A stretch of DNA of 64,000 nucleotides from an uncultured cyanobacterium (GTDB taxonomy: Bacteria > Cyanobacteriota > Cyanobacteriia > PCC-6307 > Cyanobiaceae). Below, in pieces: positions 1 through 11,821 of this stretch; position 1 is the first letter of the stretch, and the number at the start of each line of letters is the position of its first letter. Location: assembly GCA_963765575.1 (NCBI GenBank), contig CAVXWZ010000008.1, positions 160,001-224,000 on the forward strand, written 5' to 3'. The translations under genes and the position numbers were made by a program. The notes beneath the pieces are model-generated. The model had not been told where the DNA came from. It did no database searches and worked only from the letters and a program-made list of their open reading frames with translations.

Positions 1-1
1 C

Positions 2-1897
2 GGTGAGCCGCTGGTGCTGGAGCTCAACGGTCCGGTACGCCTGGGCGCCGGCACCTTTGCCTTCTCCGCGGTGCCCCTGTCGCTGTTGGCCCTGCTCACC
101 CCCGTGCCGGAGGAACTGCGCGGCACGATCTCCTCAACCGGGCGCTATCGCCTGGTCTCCGGGCCGGAGCAGAGCCCGGAGCTGGCCCTGGTGCTGTCCC
201 TCGATGGGGCCGCCCTGGGGGAGACCATGCTGGCCCTGGAACGCGGCAGCCTGGAGCTGGAGGGCAACGCCCTCGTGGCCGACCTGGCCCTGCGGGCCGA
301 CGGCGCCGGCAGCGGCATTGACCTGGCCGGCCGCGTGCCGCTGGACTCGGCCGAGGAGGGGATCGAACTGCGTCTCACCAGCCGCGATGACGGGCTCATT
401 TTCCTGAGCCGCCTGGCCCAGCCGACGCTGATGTGGAAGGAGGGCTCCGCCGACCTGCAGCTGTTGGTGCGCGGCAGCCTGGACCGGCCGATCGCCAACG
501 GTTTCCTGCGCATCCAGGACGGCCAGCTGGTGCTGCTGGATCAGGCGGTGGACGATCTCCAGGCCACCGTGCTGTTTGATTTCGAGCAGCTCCTGCTGCA
601 GGAGTTCGGCGCCCGCGTGGGCGGCGAGGGCACGCTCAGTGGCAGTGGCAGCCTGGGCCTGTTCAGCCCCCAGCTCGATGCCGAAGGCGAACCGGCCCGC
701 CTGGCCATCGCCCTGGAGCAGCTGCCCTTCCGCCTGCCGCGCCTGCAGGCCGACGTGGACGGCGAGCTGGCGGTGGGCGGCAGCCTCACGGCCCTGCGGG
801 TGGGCGGCAACCTGGCCCTGGCCAAGGGCTCGGTGAATGTGCAGCCCGGCCGTCTGGCCGGCGAGAAGAACGGCACCCAGGCCGTGGCCACGGTGCAGGA
901 GCTGGCGGAGCAGCGCTGGGACTTTCAGCAGCCCCTGGTGCTGCTGGGCCCGGAGCTGGAGAGTGGCAACGGCGAGGACTTCCGGGCCCTGGTGCCGAAT
1001 GTCAGCTTCCTCGGCTTCGAGGGCCTGCAGATCAGTTTCGGCCCTGATTTCAGCGTCATGGTGCCGCGGCTGGCCGATTTCAAGACGGCCGGAACCCTGC
1101 GCATTGATGGTCCCCTCGGCCCCGAGATCGAGACCCGGGGGGTGGTGACGCTGGAGCGGGGGCGGCTGAACCTGTTCACCACCAATTTCGTGCTCGACCG
1201 CAATGCTCCCAATGTGGCCGTGTTCACCCCCTCGCTGGGGTTGCTGCCTTACCTGGACATCACCCTGCGCAGTCGGGTGTCGGACAGCATCACCGCCGCC
1301 GGGCCGGTGAGCGGCAGTGCCTCCACAGCCACCGCGGCGTCGTCGCTGGCAGGGCAGCAGGACGGGTTCAGTTCCTTCGCCCAGCTCAACCTGGTGCAGG
1401 TGTTTCTGTCGGTGAGCGGTCCGGCCGACCGCCTGGCCGACAACATCACCCTGCGCAGCACCCCGTCACTGCCGGAGGATCGCCTGCTGGCCCTGATCGG
1501 CGGCAACTCCCTGGCGGGCCTCGGTGGATCGGCAGCCGGCACGGCCCTGGCCGCGGTGGTAGGCCAGACCCTGCTCTCGCCGCTGCTGGGGACGTTGGGG
1601 GAGGCCTTCGGGGAGCGCCTCAGCTTTGCTCTCTACCCCACCTTCGTGAATCAGGACGTGAACAATGGCCGCAACCAGCGCTCAGGCCGGGTGCCACCGC
1701 AGCTGGTGCTGGCCACCGAAGTGGGTGTGGATGTGAGCGAGCGGTTCAACTTCTCGGTGATCGCGGCCCCCAACCGCACCGATGTTCCCCCTGAGTTCAA
1801 CCTCACCTACCGCGCCTCCGACCTGATCAACCTGCAGGGATCACTGGACACCCAAGGGGCCTGGCAGACCCAGTTGCGGGTGTTCCTGCGGTTCTGA
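2..1897 (+). CDS. Translocation/assembly module TamB (DUF490) family protein, 5'-truncated by the window edge
   Basis: Long beta-rich ORF with a cyanobacterial TamB-like C-terminus (NVAVFTPSLGLLPYLDI...GSLDTQGAWQTQLRVFLRF). The frame is open from the window start. Confidence 0.8.
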   Translation, partial: GEPLVLELNGPVRLGAGTFAFSAVPLSLLALLTPVPEELRGTISSTGRYRLVSGPEQSPELALVLSLDGAALGETMLALERGSLELEGNALVADLALRADGAGSGIDLAGRVPLDSAEEGIELRLTSRDDGLIFLSRLAQPTLMWKEGSADLQLLVRGSLDRPIANGFLRIQDGQLVLLDQAVDDLQATVLFDFEQLLLQEFGARVGGEGTLSGSGSLGLFSPQLDAEGEPARLAIALEQLPFRLPRLQADVDGELAVGGSLTALRVGGNLALAKGSVNVQPGRLAGEKNGTQAVATVQELAEQRWDFQQPLVLLGPELESGNGEDFRALVPNVSFLGFEGLQISFGPDFSVMVPRLADFKTAGTLRIDGPLGPEIETRGVVTLERGRLNLFTTNFVLDRNAPNVAVFTPSLGLLPYLDITLRSRVSDSITAAGPVSGSASTATAASSLAGQQDGFSSFAQLNLVQVFLSVSGPADRLADNITLRSTPSLPEDRLLALIGGNSLAGLGGSAAGTALAAVVGQTLLSPLLGTLGEAFGERLSFALYPTFVNQDVNNGRNQRSGRVPPQLVLATEVGVDVSERFNFSVIAAPNRTDVPPEFNLTYRASDLINLQGSLDTQGAWQTQLRVFLRF

Positions 1898-1898
1898 G

Positions 1899-2825
1899 AT
1901 GGCGGCAGATGGCTCGGCGGATCAGCTGATCGGCGTGGATGTGGGCGGCACGGCAATCAAGCTCGGCCGCTTCGACCGCCGGGGCCGCCTGCTGGAGGCC
2001 CTGGACGTGCCCACGCCCCAGCCGGCCATGCCCGGTGCCGTGGCGGTGACGATCGCTGAGGCGGTGGCGCGGCTCGATCCCGATCGCCGTGCCCCCCTGG
2101 TGGGGGTGGGCCATCCCGGCCCCAGTGATCGCGCCGGCCGGGTGGCCCGCATCGCCATCAACCTGCCCGGTTGGCGCGATGTGCCTCTGGCCGACTGGCT
2201 GGAGGCCCTGCTGGAGCGCCAGGTCACCTGTGCCAACGACGGCAGCTGTGCGGCGATCGGCGAGCTCTGGCATGGCGCCGCCCGGGGTGCCGGCCATGTG
2301 CTGCTGCTCACCCTCGGCACCGGTGTCGGCGGCGCTGTGCTGCTGGATGGCCGGCTGTTCACCGGCCACCGCGGCGCCGCCGCCGAGCCGGGGCTGATCG
2401 GCATCGACAGCGATGGTCCGCCCTGCAACAGCGGCAACCGGGGCTCCCTGGAGAGCTTCTGCAGCATCAGCGGCCTGGGGCGCCTCAGCCCCCTCGAGCC
2501 GCGGGAGCTCTGCCGCCGGGCCGACGCCGGCGAGCCGGTGGCCCTGGCCGTATGGGCGGCCTACGGCGAGCGGCTGGGGGTGGGACTGAGTTCCCTGCTC
2601 TACCTGTTCACCCCTGAGCTGGTGTTGATCGGTGGCGGGCTGAGTGCCGCCAGCGGCCACTTCCTGCCGGCGGTCTGGGCCCAGGTGCAGGACCGCGTGC
2701 TGGCGGTGAGCCGGGAGGACCTGCGCATCGAACGCTGCGCCCTCGGCAATGGCGCCGGCCGCCTGGGCGCTGCCCGCCTCGCCCTCGACCGCCTGGCCCC
2801 AGGCGCCGCTGGCCAGTTGGGATGA
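1899..2825 (+). CDS. ROK family sugar kinase/regulator
   Basis: [24 protein letters not shown] and [10 protein letters not shown] motifs. Confidence 0.9.
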   Translation: MAADGSADQLIGVDVGGTAIKLGRFDRRGRLLEALDVPTPQPAMPGAVAVTIAEAVARLDPDRRAPLVGVGHPGPSDRAGRVARIAINLPGWRDVPLADWLEALLERQVTCANDGSCAAIGELWHGAARGAGHVLLLTLGTGVGGAVLLDGRLFTGHRGAAAEPGLIGIDSDGPPCNSGNRGSLESFCSISGLGRLSPLEPRELCRRADAGEPVALAVWAAYGERLGVGLSSLLYLFTPELVLIGGGLSAASGHFLPAVWAQVQDRVLAVSREDLRIERCALGNGAGRLGAARLALDRLAPGAAGQLG

Positions 2826-4162
2826 TGGCGCCCATGAGCACCCCAGCGCCCAGCCCCGCCGTGGTTCCCGATCCCAGCCCCGCGCTGCTGCAGCGGGCCG
2901 TCGCCGTGCGCCGCAGCGCCACAGCCCTGGGGCAGCTGGGCGATGGCCAGCGGCGGGCCGCGGTGGAGGCCATGGCCGACGCCCTGCAGCGGGGGCGCGA
3001 GGCGATCCTGGCGGCCAATCGAGCCGATCTGGCCGCTGCTACCGCCGCTGGCCTGGCTCCCGCCCTGGTGGCACGCCTGAAGCTCGATACCAGCAAACTC
3101 GAGGCCGCCATCACCGGCGTGCGCCAGGTGGCCGCCCTGCCGGATCCGCTGGGCCGCCGCCAGCTGCACACCGAGCTGGATCAGGGGCTGGTGCTGGAGC
3201 GGGTGACGGTGCCCCTGGGGGTGCTCGGGGTGATCTTTGAGGCCCGGCCCGATGCGGTGATGCAGATCGCCTCGCTGGCGATCCGCTCCGGCAACGGCGC
3301 CCTGCTCAAGGGCGGCCGGGAGGCCTCCGGCAGTTGTGCCGCCATCCTCGAGGCCCTGCGGCAGGGGCTGGCCGCCAGCGCCGTGGAGCCGGAGGCCCTG
3401 GCGCTGCTCACCAGCCGGCAGGAGAGCCTGGGCCTGCTGCGCCTCGATGGACTGGTGGATCTGATCATTCCGCGCGGCTCCAACGACCTGGTGCGCTTCA
3501 TCCAGGACAACACCCGCATTCCGGTGCTCGGCCATGCCGATGGCATCTGCCACCTCTACGTGGATCGGCAGGTGGATCCCGACCAGGCGCTGCGGGTGGC
3601 GATCGATGCCAAGACCCAGTACCCGGCCGCCTGCAACGCCATCGAGACGCTGCTGGTGCACGAGGCCATCGCGCCGCGCTTTCTGCCGGCCGCCGTGGCG
3701 GCCTTTGCCGCCGCCGGCGTGGAATTGCGCGGCGATGCCGCCGCCTGCGCCCTCGGGGTGCCGCTGGCCGCCGAGGAGCAGGACTGGCGCACGGAGTACT
3801 CCGATCTGGTGCTGGCGGTGAAGGTGGTGTCCGACCTGGAGGCGGCCCTGGAGCACATCGCCACCTACGGATCCCGCCACACCGATGCCATCTGCAGCAG
3901 CGATCCGCTGGCGGCCGATCGCTTCCTGGCGGCCGTGAACAGCGCCGGTGTGTACCTCAACTGCTCCACCCGCTTCGCCGATGGCTTCCGCTATGGCTTT
4001 GGGGCGGAAGTGGGCATCAGCACCCAGACCCTGCCCCCGCGCGGGCCGGTGGGGCTGGAGGGTCTGGTGACCTACCGCTACCGGCTGCGGGGCGAGGGCC
4101 ACATCGCCGCCGACTACGCCAGCGGCGTTCGCCAGTTCAGCCATCGCCGCCTGCCCCTGTGA
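2822..4162 (+). CDS. proA: Glutamate-5-semialdehyde dehydrogenase (gamma-glutamyl phosphate reductase)
   Basis: [23 protein letters not shown] and [20 protein letters not shown] motifs. Several nearby ATGs, so the start is approximate. Confidence 0.95.
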   Translation: MMAPMSTPAPSPAVVPDPSPALLQRAVAVRRSATALGQLGDGQRRAAVEAMADALQRGREAILAANRADLAAATAAGLAPALVARLKLDTSKLEAAITGVRQVAALPDPLGRRQLHTELDQGLVLERVTVPLGVLGVIFEARPDAVMQIASLAIRSGNGALLKGGREASGSCAAILEALRQGLAASAVEPEALALLTSRQESLGLLRLDGLVDLIIPRGSNDLVRFIQDNTRIPVLGHADGICHLYVDRQVDPDQALRVAIDAKTQYPAACNAIETLLVHEAIAPRFLPAAVAAFAAAGVELRGDAAACALGVPLAAEEQDWRTEYSDLVLAVKVVSDLEAALEHIATYGSRHTDAICSSDPLAADRFLAAVNSAGVYLNCSTRFADGFRYGFGAEVGISTQTLPPRGPVGLEGLVTYRYRLRGEGHIAADYASGVRQFSHRRLPL

Positions 4163-4569
4163 GCGCTGCCGGCGACGCCGATCGGCTTGTGGTGCGGGGC
4201 CTGAGGCTCTGGGCCCACGTGGGTGTGCTGGCCTGCGAGCGGGAGCAGGGCCAGTGGTTCGAGCTCGATCTGGAGCTGGCGGTGGATCTGGCACCCGCCG
4301 GCCGCAGCGACCAGCTCGCCGACACCCTCGACTACGGCGTTCTGATCGCGGCCCTGCAGCGCCAGGCGAGTCGCATCCGCTGCCACACCCTGGAGCGCTA
4401 CAGCCAGTGCATCCTGGAGCTGATCGCCGAGCGCCACGGGCCGCTGGCGGTGCGGCTGGAGCTGCGCAAGTGCGCCGCCCCCGTGCCCGGCTTCAACGGC
4501 AGTGTCGCCATCCGCCGCGCCAGTGGAAGTCGGGCTCGGCCGGCGGATGGGCCAGGGCCCAGTAGCTGA
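4159..4569 (+). CDS. folB: Dihydroneopterin aldolase
   Basis: GTG overlaps the proA stop. [23 protein letters not shown] and [10 protein letters not shown] motifs. Confidence 0.85.
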   Translation: MSAAGDADRLVVRGLRLWAHVGVLACEREQGQWFELDLELAVDLAPAGRSDQLADTLDYGVLIAALQRQASRIRCHTLERYSQCILELIAERHGPLAVRLELRKCAAPVPGFNGSVAIRRASGSRARPADGPGPSS

Positions 4570-5074
4570 GGCCACCGTCGCCGTGCTCCAGCACGGCAGT
4601 GAGGGCCAGCTCCAGCTCTGCGGCGTCGGCCAGGGCCGGCGGCAGCGGCAAGGCCGCCCGCAGCTCGAAGCCCTCGGCGCTGCGCTCCACCTCCAGCGGC
4701 AGGGCCGCCAGGGCTGGATCGGGCCGCAGGTTGCGGCGGTAGCCATCCAGCCGATAGAGGTTCCAGTGGCCCGCCGGGGCCAGGTTCAGCTCCCAGTAGT
4801 CCTCCTGCCCGGCCACGGCCAGGAAGGCCTCCAGGCAGCTGTGCTGCCAGAGCCCATCACGGCGCTGCGGCTGGGCGGCTGGCGGCGGCATGCGCAGCTG
4901 ATCGAGGGGCCCGCTGAGCCGGTAGCGCAGGTGCAGCTGCGATCCCTGGCGCTCGGCCCGGGCGTGGAGGTCCAATCCTTGGCCCTGCAGTGGCTCTGCT
5001 GCCCCAGCCTGCCGGCCGAAGGGCGTCAGCTGCGCCGCCAGCAGCAGTGGCCCAGCGCTGGCCGCTGCGCTCAC
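4493..5074 (-). CDS. DOMON-like (CBM9-like) domain protein
   Basis: RRDGLWQHSCLEAF, YWELNLAPAGHWNLY and [11 protein letters not shown] motifs. GTG start overlaps the stop of the upstream kinase. Confidence 0.75.
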   Translation of the reverse strand: MSAAASAGPLLLAAQLTPFGRQAGAAEPLQGQGLDLHARAERQGSQLHLRYRLSGPLDQLRMPPPAAQPQRRDGLWQHSCLEAFLAVAGQEDYWELNLAPAGHWNLYRLDGYRRNLRPDPALAALPLEVERSAEGFELRAALPLPPALADAAELELALTAVLEHGDGGLSYWALAHPPAEPDFHWRGGWRHCR

Positions 5075-6192
5075 CTCAGCTCCTCCACCAGGTCGATGAT
5101 CGCCTGCTGCTGGGCTTCGATGCTCTCGGTGAGCCGGAACTGCACCACGGCCCGCTCCAGGTTGTGGCCGGGGTGGCGGCACTTGAAGTAGCGGTTGCCG
5201 GCCAGGTGATCGGTGAAGAAGCGCAGGCCGAGCTCGAAGGCGATCAGCCGCACGGCCACGGCGATGTGGTCGAGATCGGCAGCGCTCAGGCAGGGCCGCG
5301 CCAGCTCCAGGTAGCCGCCCAGCATTGGCCGGCAGAGGGCCAGATCGAAGCGCACCGTGGCCGGATCGCTGGCCTCCTCACCAGCCGGATTGCAGCCCGA
5401 GCGCAGGCAGTCGCCGATGTCGTACTGCACCAGTCCCGGTTTGACCGTATCGAGATCCACCAGGGCCACGGCCTCACCGCTGCGGCGATCGAGCAGCACG
5501 TTGTTCACCTTGGGGTCGCCGTGGATCGGGCGCAGCCGCAGCAGGCCCCGCTCGCGGGCGTCCTCCAGCACCGTCACCAGCCCGTGCCGCTGCTCCACGA
5601 AGTCGCGGCACCAGCGGCTGGCCTGGTCGTCCGGGGAGGTTCCGCCCTGCTGCAGCTGTTGCTGGTAGGCGGCCAGATAGCGGGGGGTCACGTGGAAGCC
5701 CTCCAGGGTGTCGGCCAGCTGGTCGCAGGGCAGGTCGTGGATCAGCAGGTGGAAGCGCCCCAGGGCGCGGCCCACCTCCCGGGCATGGCCGGCGTCCTGC
5801 ACCGTGTCGTGGCTCACGGCGTCATCGACGTGGGTGAGCAGGCGCCAGGCCTGGCCATCCCGCTGCAGCCAGCGGCCTCCCCCCGTCCGGGCGGACACCA
5901 GCGCCGGCAGCTCCCAGGCCCGTCCGCTGCGCTCCAGGGTCAACGGCCGGCCGGCCACGTGGTCGCCGAGCCGGGCGATGTTGTCCATCACCAGCTCGGG
6001 CCTGGGGAACACCTCGGTGTTCAGCCGCTGCAGCACATAGCGCCGGCCGTCGGCGGCCTGCAGCCGGAAGGTGTCGTTGACGTTGCCGTTGCCCAGCGGC
6101 ATCAGCTCCCGCACTGGGCCGGGGATGGCAAAGGCTGCGGCGATGACGCGCAGGGCGGCGCCATCGGCAGGGGAGTGGACGCTGGCGCTCAT
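5071..6192 (-). CDS. Aminoglycoside phosphotransferase-fold kinase (N-acetylhexosamine kinase-like)
   Basis: GNGNVNDTF, IHGDPKVNNVL, DLDTVKPG..YDIGD and ELGLRFFTDHL motifs. Confidence 0.85.
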   Translation of the reverse strand: MSASVHSPADGAALRVIAAAFAIPGPVRELMPLGNGNVNDTFRLQAADGRRYVLQRLNTEVFPRPELVMDNIARLGDHVAGRPLTLERSGRAWELPALVSARTGGGRWLQRDGQAWRLLTHVDDAVSHDTVQDAGHAREVGRALGRFHLLIHDLPCDQLADTLEGFHVTPRYLAAYQQQLQQGGTSPDDQASRWCRDFVEQRHGLVTVLEDARERGLLRLRPIHGDPKVNNVLLDRRSGEAVALVDLDTVKPGLVQYDIGDCLRSGCNPAGEEASDPATVRFDLALCRPMLGGYLELARPCLSAADLDHIAVAVRLIAFELGLRFFTDHLAGNRYFKCRHPGHNLERAVVQFRLTESIEAQQQAIIDLVEELR

Positions 6193-6904
6193 GGCGCCAT
6201 CCTGGCCTGGCCGGCCCCTGCGTCCCTTGTCCCCCCACGCACCACCCCCGTCACCATCCCCACCTCCGCCAGCCCCGGGGGGCGGACCGTTGTCCGGCGG
6301 GCCAGGCCCCAGCGGCGCACCGCCCCTGGTGCTGGTGCATGGCCTCTGGGACACCCCGGGCCTGTTCCGGCGGCTGGAGCAGCGTCTGGATGGTCGCCGC
6401 GATCCCCTGCTCCGCCCCCACCTCGAACATGGCCTCGGGGAGCGGCCGGTGCTGGAGTTGGCCGCCGAGCTGGGCCAGGCGGTGAACGCCGCCTTCGGCC
6501 CGGACCAGGCCCTCGATCTGCTCGGCTTCTCCCTCGGCGGCGTGATCGCCCGCAGCTGGATCCAGCTGCTCGGCGGGCGGCGGCGCACCCGCCGCTTCAC
6601 CAGTGTCGGCAGCCCCCACCAGGGCAGCCTGCTGGCCCTGCCCTGGCCGCGGCGCTGGCTGGCCACCGTCGCCGACCTGCGACCCGGCAGCCCCCTGTTG
6701 CAGCGGCTCAACCGCGATGCCAACGGGCTTGAGGGGGTGGACTGCACCAGCTTCTGGTGCCTGAGCGATCAGATGGTGGTGCCGAGCTGGACCGGCGTGC
6801 TGCCCAGCGGGCCCCGGCGCCAGCTGCCGGTGTGGCATCACCAGCAGCTGATCACCAGCCCCGCCGGCCTGGAGCCGATCGTGCAGGAGCTGTTGCGGCC
6901 CTGA
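6191..6904 (+). CDS. Alpha/beta hydrolase (lipase/esterase)
   Basis: LVLVHGLWDT oxyanion region and GFSLGG nucleophile elbow. Start uncertain (ATG 6191 or TTG ~6290). Confidence 0.8.
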   Translation: MAPSWPGRPLRPLSPHAPPPSPSPPPPAPGGGPLSGGPGPSGAPPLVLVHGLWDTPGLFRRLEQRLDGRRDPLLRPHLEHGLGERPVLELAAELGQAVNAAFGPDQALDLLGFSLGGVIARSWIQLLGGRRRTRRFTSVGSPHQGSLLALPWPRRWLATVADLRPGSPLLQRLNRDANGLEGVDCTSFWCLSDQMVVPSWTGVLPSGPRRQLPVWHHQQLITSPAGLEPIVQELLRP

Positions 6905-6926
6905 CGGCGATGTCGCAGCTGGCGGT

Positions 6927-9074
6927 TCAGGCGGTGGCTGGGGCCAGACCGGAGTGGCGGATCAGGGCGTCGGGGCTTGGCGGCCGGCCTCTGAAGGCCT
7001 CGAACACCTCCGCCGGCGAGCGACTGCCGCCGAGGCTGAGCACCGTGTCGCGGAAGCGGCGCCCCGTGGCCACCACCTGGGCCTCGTCATCGAGGCCCAC
7101 CTCTTCAAAGGCGCTGAAGGCGTCGGCGCTGAGCACCTCCGCCCACTTGTAGGAGTAGTAGCCGGCCGCATAGCCGCCGGCGAAGATGTGGCTGAAGGAG
7201 CAGAGAAAGCGGTCCTCGGCGATCGGCTCCAGCACCGTGGTGGTGCGGGCCAGCTCGCGCCGCAGCTGCTCGGGGCTCTGGCCTCCATCCGGGGTCCAGC
7301 TGCTGTGCAAGCGCAGGTCGGTGAGCGCGAAGTGCAGCTGGCGCAGGGTGGCGCTGCCCCCCATGAAGGTGCGGGCGGCCAGCAGCTTGTGGTACTCCGC
7401 TTCCGGCAGCGGTTCGCCGCTCTGCCAGTGGCGGGCCATGGCCATCAAGGTGCCGCGGTCGTAGCACCAGTTCTCCATGAACTGGCTGGGCAGCTCCACG
7501 GCATCCCACTCCACGTTGCTGATGCCGGCGGCCTGGGGACGCTCCACGGTGGTGAGCATGTGCTGCAGGCCGTGGCCGAACTCGTGGAAGAGGGTTTCCA
7601 CCTCCTCGAAGGTCATCAGGCTGGGGGTGTCACCCACCGGCGGGCTCTGGTTGCAGATCAGGTAGGCCACCGGCAGCACTGGTTCGCCGCTGCGGCTGCG
7701 GCTGCGGCCCAGGCACTCATCCATCCAGGCACCGCCCCGCTTGCTGCCGGGACGGCTGTAGGGGTCGAGGTAGAACGCCGCCAGGGGATCGCCGCTGGCC
7801 CCATCGAGCACCCGGAAGTAGCGCACATCGCCATGCCAGCGGGGCGCCTCGCCACTGGCGGCGGCCACGATGCGGACATCGAACAGCCGCTGACAGAGCG
7901 CGAACAACCCCTGCAGCACCTGCTCGAGGGGGAACCAGGGGCGCAGGGCCTCGGCATCGAGGTCGAAGCTCTCCTGCCGCAGCACCTCGGCCCAGAAGCT
8001 CAGGTCCCAGGGCTTGAGGTCGTCGGCCTCGTCGGCGTTGTGGCGGCGAGCGCAGTCACGCAACGCCTGCAGCTCGCGCTCGGCCACCGGGAAGGCCGCC
8101 GACCGCAGGCCCTCCAGCAATTGCTCCACGTCGGCCACCGATGCGGCCATCTTGCTGGCCAGGCTCACCTCCGCCCAGTTGGCGTAGCCCAGGCGCCGGG
8201 CCTGCTCCAGCCGCAGGCTGAGGATCCGCTCGATCAACGGCTGGTTGTCGCCCTCACCGCTGGAGGCGCGAGCCACCTGGGCGCGGTAGACGGTTTCGCG
8301 CAGGTCACGGCGGCGGCTGTATTTGAGGAAGGGCACCACCCTGGGCATGTCCAGGCCCATCCGCCAGCCCTGCTCGCCGGCGTCGCGGGCGGCCTGGGCC
8401 AGCAGGCTGCGCAGGCTGTCGGGCAGGCCGTCCAGGTCGTCTTCGCTGCGCAGCGTGAGGCTCCAGTCGTTGGTGGCATCCAGCACGTGGTTGCCGAAGG
8501 TGCTGGCCAGCTGGGCCAGCTCGGCGGTGGCGGCGTTGAAGGCCTCCTGGGCCGCTCCCTCCAGCCCCACTCCGCGCAGCTGCATGTGGCGCAGCTCGGC
8601 CGCCACGATGCGGCGCTGGGTGGGATCGAGGTCCTGGGCGGCCAGCTGGTCCAGGGCGCGGTAGAGGGGCTTGCTCTGGCCGGCGCGGCTGCCGAAGGCC
8701 ACGACCAGTCCCTGCTGGTTCTCATAGGCCTGGCGCAGCTCGGGGGTGTTGCAGACGCCGTGCAGATGGCTCACCACCCCCCAGCTCCAGCGCAGCCGCT
8801 CTTCAAGGTGGTGCAGGGGATCCATCACGTCGGCCCAGCCGATGGCGGGCCGGGGCGCGGGGTGCTCCCCAGCGGCGCCATCCAGGCACTGCTCCAGCTG
8901 CCCCTCCAGCCGGCTCAGTTCGTCGTTGAGCTCCGCCAGCAGGGTGGGGATGGCCGACTCCACCTGCTCGGCCGTGATCGCCTCGAAGGGCGGCAACCCC
9001 TCACCGGTGAGCAGGGGCGCCTGGTTGGCGTTCGGCACGCTGCTGGGGTTGGCGCTGCCCGGAGTGCTGAGCAT
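6927..9074 (-). CDS. prlC: Oligopeptidase A (M3 metallopeptidase)
   Basis: FHEFGHGLQH zinc motif, WDAVELPSQFMENW and GGYAAGYYSYKWAEVL. Confidence 0.93.
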   Translation of the reverse strand: MLSTPGSANPSSVPNANQAPLLTGEGLPPFEAITAEQVESAIPTLLAELNDELSRLEGQLEQCLDGAAGEHPAPRPAIGWADVMDPLHHLEERLRWSWGVVSHLHGVCNTPELRQAYENQQGLVVAFGSRAGQSKPLYRALDQLAAQDLDPTQRRIVAAELRHMQLRGVGLEGAAQEAFNAATAELAQLASTFGNHVLDATNDWSLTLRSEDDLDGLPDSLRSLLAQAARDAGEQGWRMGLDMPRVVPFLKYSRRRDLRETVYRAQVARASSGEGDNQPLIERILSLRLEQARRLGYANWAEVSLASKMAASVADVEQLLEGLRSAAFPVAERELQALRDCARRHNADEADDLKPWDLSFWAEVLRQESFDLDAEALRPWFPLEQVLQGLFALCQRLFDVRIVAAASGEAPRWHGDVRYFRVLDGASGDPLAAFYLDPYSRPGSKRGGAWMDECLGRSRSRSGEPVLPVAYLICNQSPPVGDTPSLMTFEEVETLFHEFGHGLQHMLTTVERPQAAGISNVEWDAVELPSQFMENWCYDRGTLMAMARHWQSGEPLPEAEYHKLLAARTFMGGSATLRQLHFALTDLRLHSSWTPDGGQSPEQLRRELARTTTVLEPIAEDRFLCSFSHIFAGGYAAGYYSYKWAEVLSADAFSAFEEVGLDDEAQVVATGRRFRDTVLSLGGSRSPAEVFEAFRGRPPSPDALIRHSGLAPATA

Positions 9075-9126
9075 GGCGGTGACATCTCTGCCGCCATTCC
9101 AGTCCATCAGTGCCGTTGGGCGCCGT

Positions 9127-10746
<1,620 letters not shown>

Positions 10747-10843
10747 CCCGTGCGTCGAAATTGGCCCCGACCCTATCAGTTGCTGCACGCTGAGTGAGTA
10801 GATTTACCCATCGACACCACCAGGGGTGTGGAGCGCCGCCGGC

Positions 10844-11794
10844 TCAGACCAGGTCAGGCAAGGGCGACCACTGGCTGCCGCTCTGCTGCACGGCCAGCAC
10901 CTCGCCGCGGGATTCCACCCCGGCCCGGTGCCAGGCCACCAGCATGTCGCGGCGCACCACGTCAGCCACCTCGGCGCGACAGAGGGCCAGCAAGCTGGGG
11001 CCCGCGCCGCTGATCACGCAACCCCAGGCCCCGGCCTGCAGGGCGGCCTCGCGCACCTTGAGGCCGCCGGGGATCAGGCCCCAGCGGTAGGGCTCGTGCA
11101 GGCGGTCGTGCATGCCGTCGGTGATCAGCTCACCATTGCCGGTGCGCAGTCCCTGCAGCAGCAGGGTGAGGGCCCCGAGATTGATCACCGCGTCGGCCAC
11201 CCCGATGGCCTTGGGCATGGCGCGGCGGGCTTCGCTGGTGGTGAGGCGGATGGCGGGAATCGCCACCACCGCCACCACCTCCGGCGACCATTCACAGCGC
11301 AGCACCCGCCAGCGGTGGGACGCGGCCCTGGCCGTCATGCACAGGCCACCCACCAGGGAGGGCACGACGTTGTCGGGGTGGCCCTCGATGTCGATGGCCA
11401 GCTCCAGCAGCTTCTCCTTGGTCAGGGCCTCACCCACCAGGGCATTGGCCCCCATCAGGCCGGCCACGATCGCGGTGGCGCTGCTGCCCAGCCCCCGGGC
11501 CGGTGGCACCGCCAGGCGCACCCGGGCCTCCAGCCCCACCGGCTCCTCGCGGGCCTCCTTCCACACCCGCTGGGCCGCGCGGTACATCAGGTTGTCGGGT
11601 CCGCCGCGCAGATGGGCGCCTTCGCGGCCCTCGATGATCAGGTCAAAGCGCTGGCTGCCGCCCTCAACGCAGCGCAGCTCGAAGACGTTGTCGAGCTCCA
11701 GCGCCGCCCCCAGGCAGTCGAACCCAGGCCCCAGGTTGGCGGTGGTGGCCGGAACGTGTACGACGACCCCTTGGCCGATCCGGGGGCGCACCAT
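10844..11794 (-). CDS. thrB: Homoserine kinase
   Basis: VPATTANLGPGFD, PPARGLGSSA and EGHPDNV motifs. Confidence 0.96.
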   Translation of the reverse strand: MVRPRIGQGVVVHVPATTANLGPGFDCLGAALELDNVFELRCVEGGSQRFDLIIEGREGAHLRGGPDNLMYRAAQRVWKEAREEPVGLEARVRLAVPPARGLGSSATAIVAGLMGANALVGEALTKEKLLELAIDIEGHPDNVVPSLVGGLCMTARAASHRWRVLRCEWSPEVVAVVAIPAIRLTTSEARRAMPKAIGVADAVINLGALTLLLQGLRTGNGELITDGMHDRLHEPYRWGLIPGGLKVREAALQAGAWGCVISGAGPSLLALCRAEVADVVRRDMLVAWHRAGVESRGEVLAVQQSGSQWSPLPDLV

Positions 11795-11821
11795 GGCGTG
11801 GTCTCTGCTGGAGCCAGTGTC

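Noticed and set aside
4493..4569. 77-nt convergent overlap of folB and the DOMON gene
   Set aside because: Tail overlaps are common in GC-rich compact genomes, and nothing suggests a function.
6190..6193. Divergent genes sharing a CATG start palindrome
   Set aside because: The hydrolase probably starts further downstream, so this is likely coincidental.
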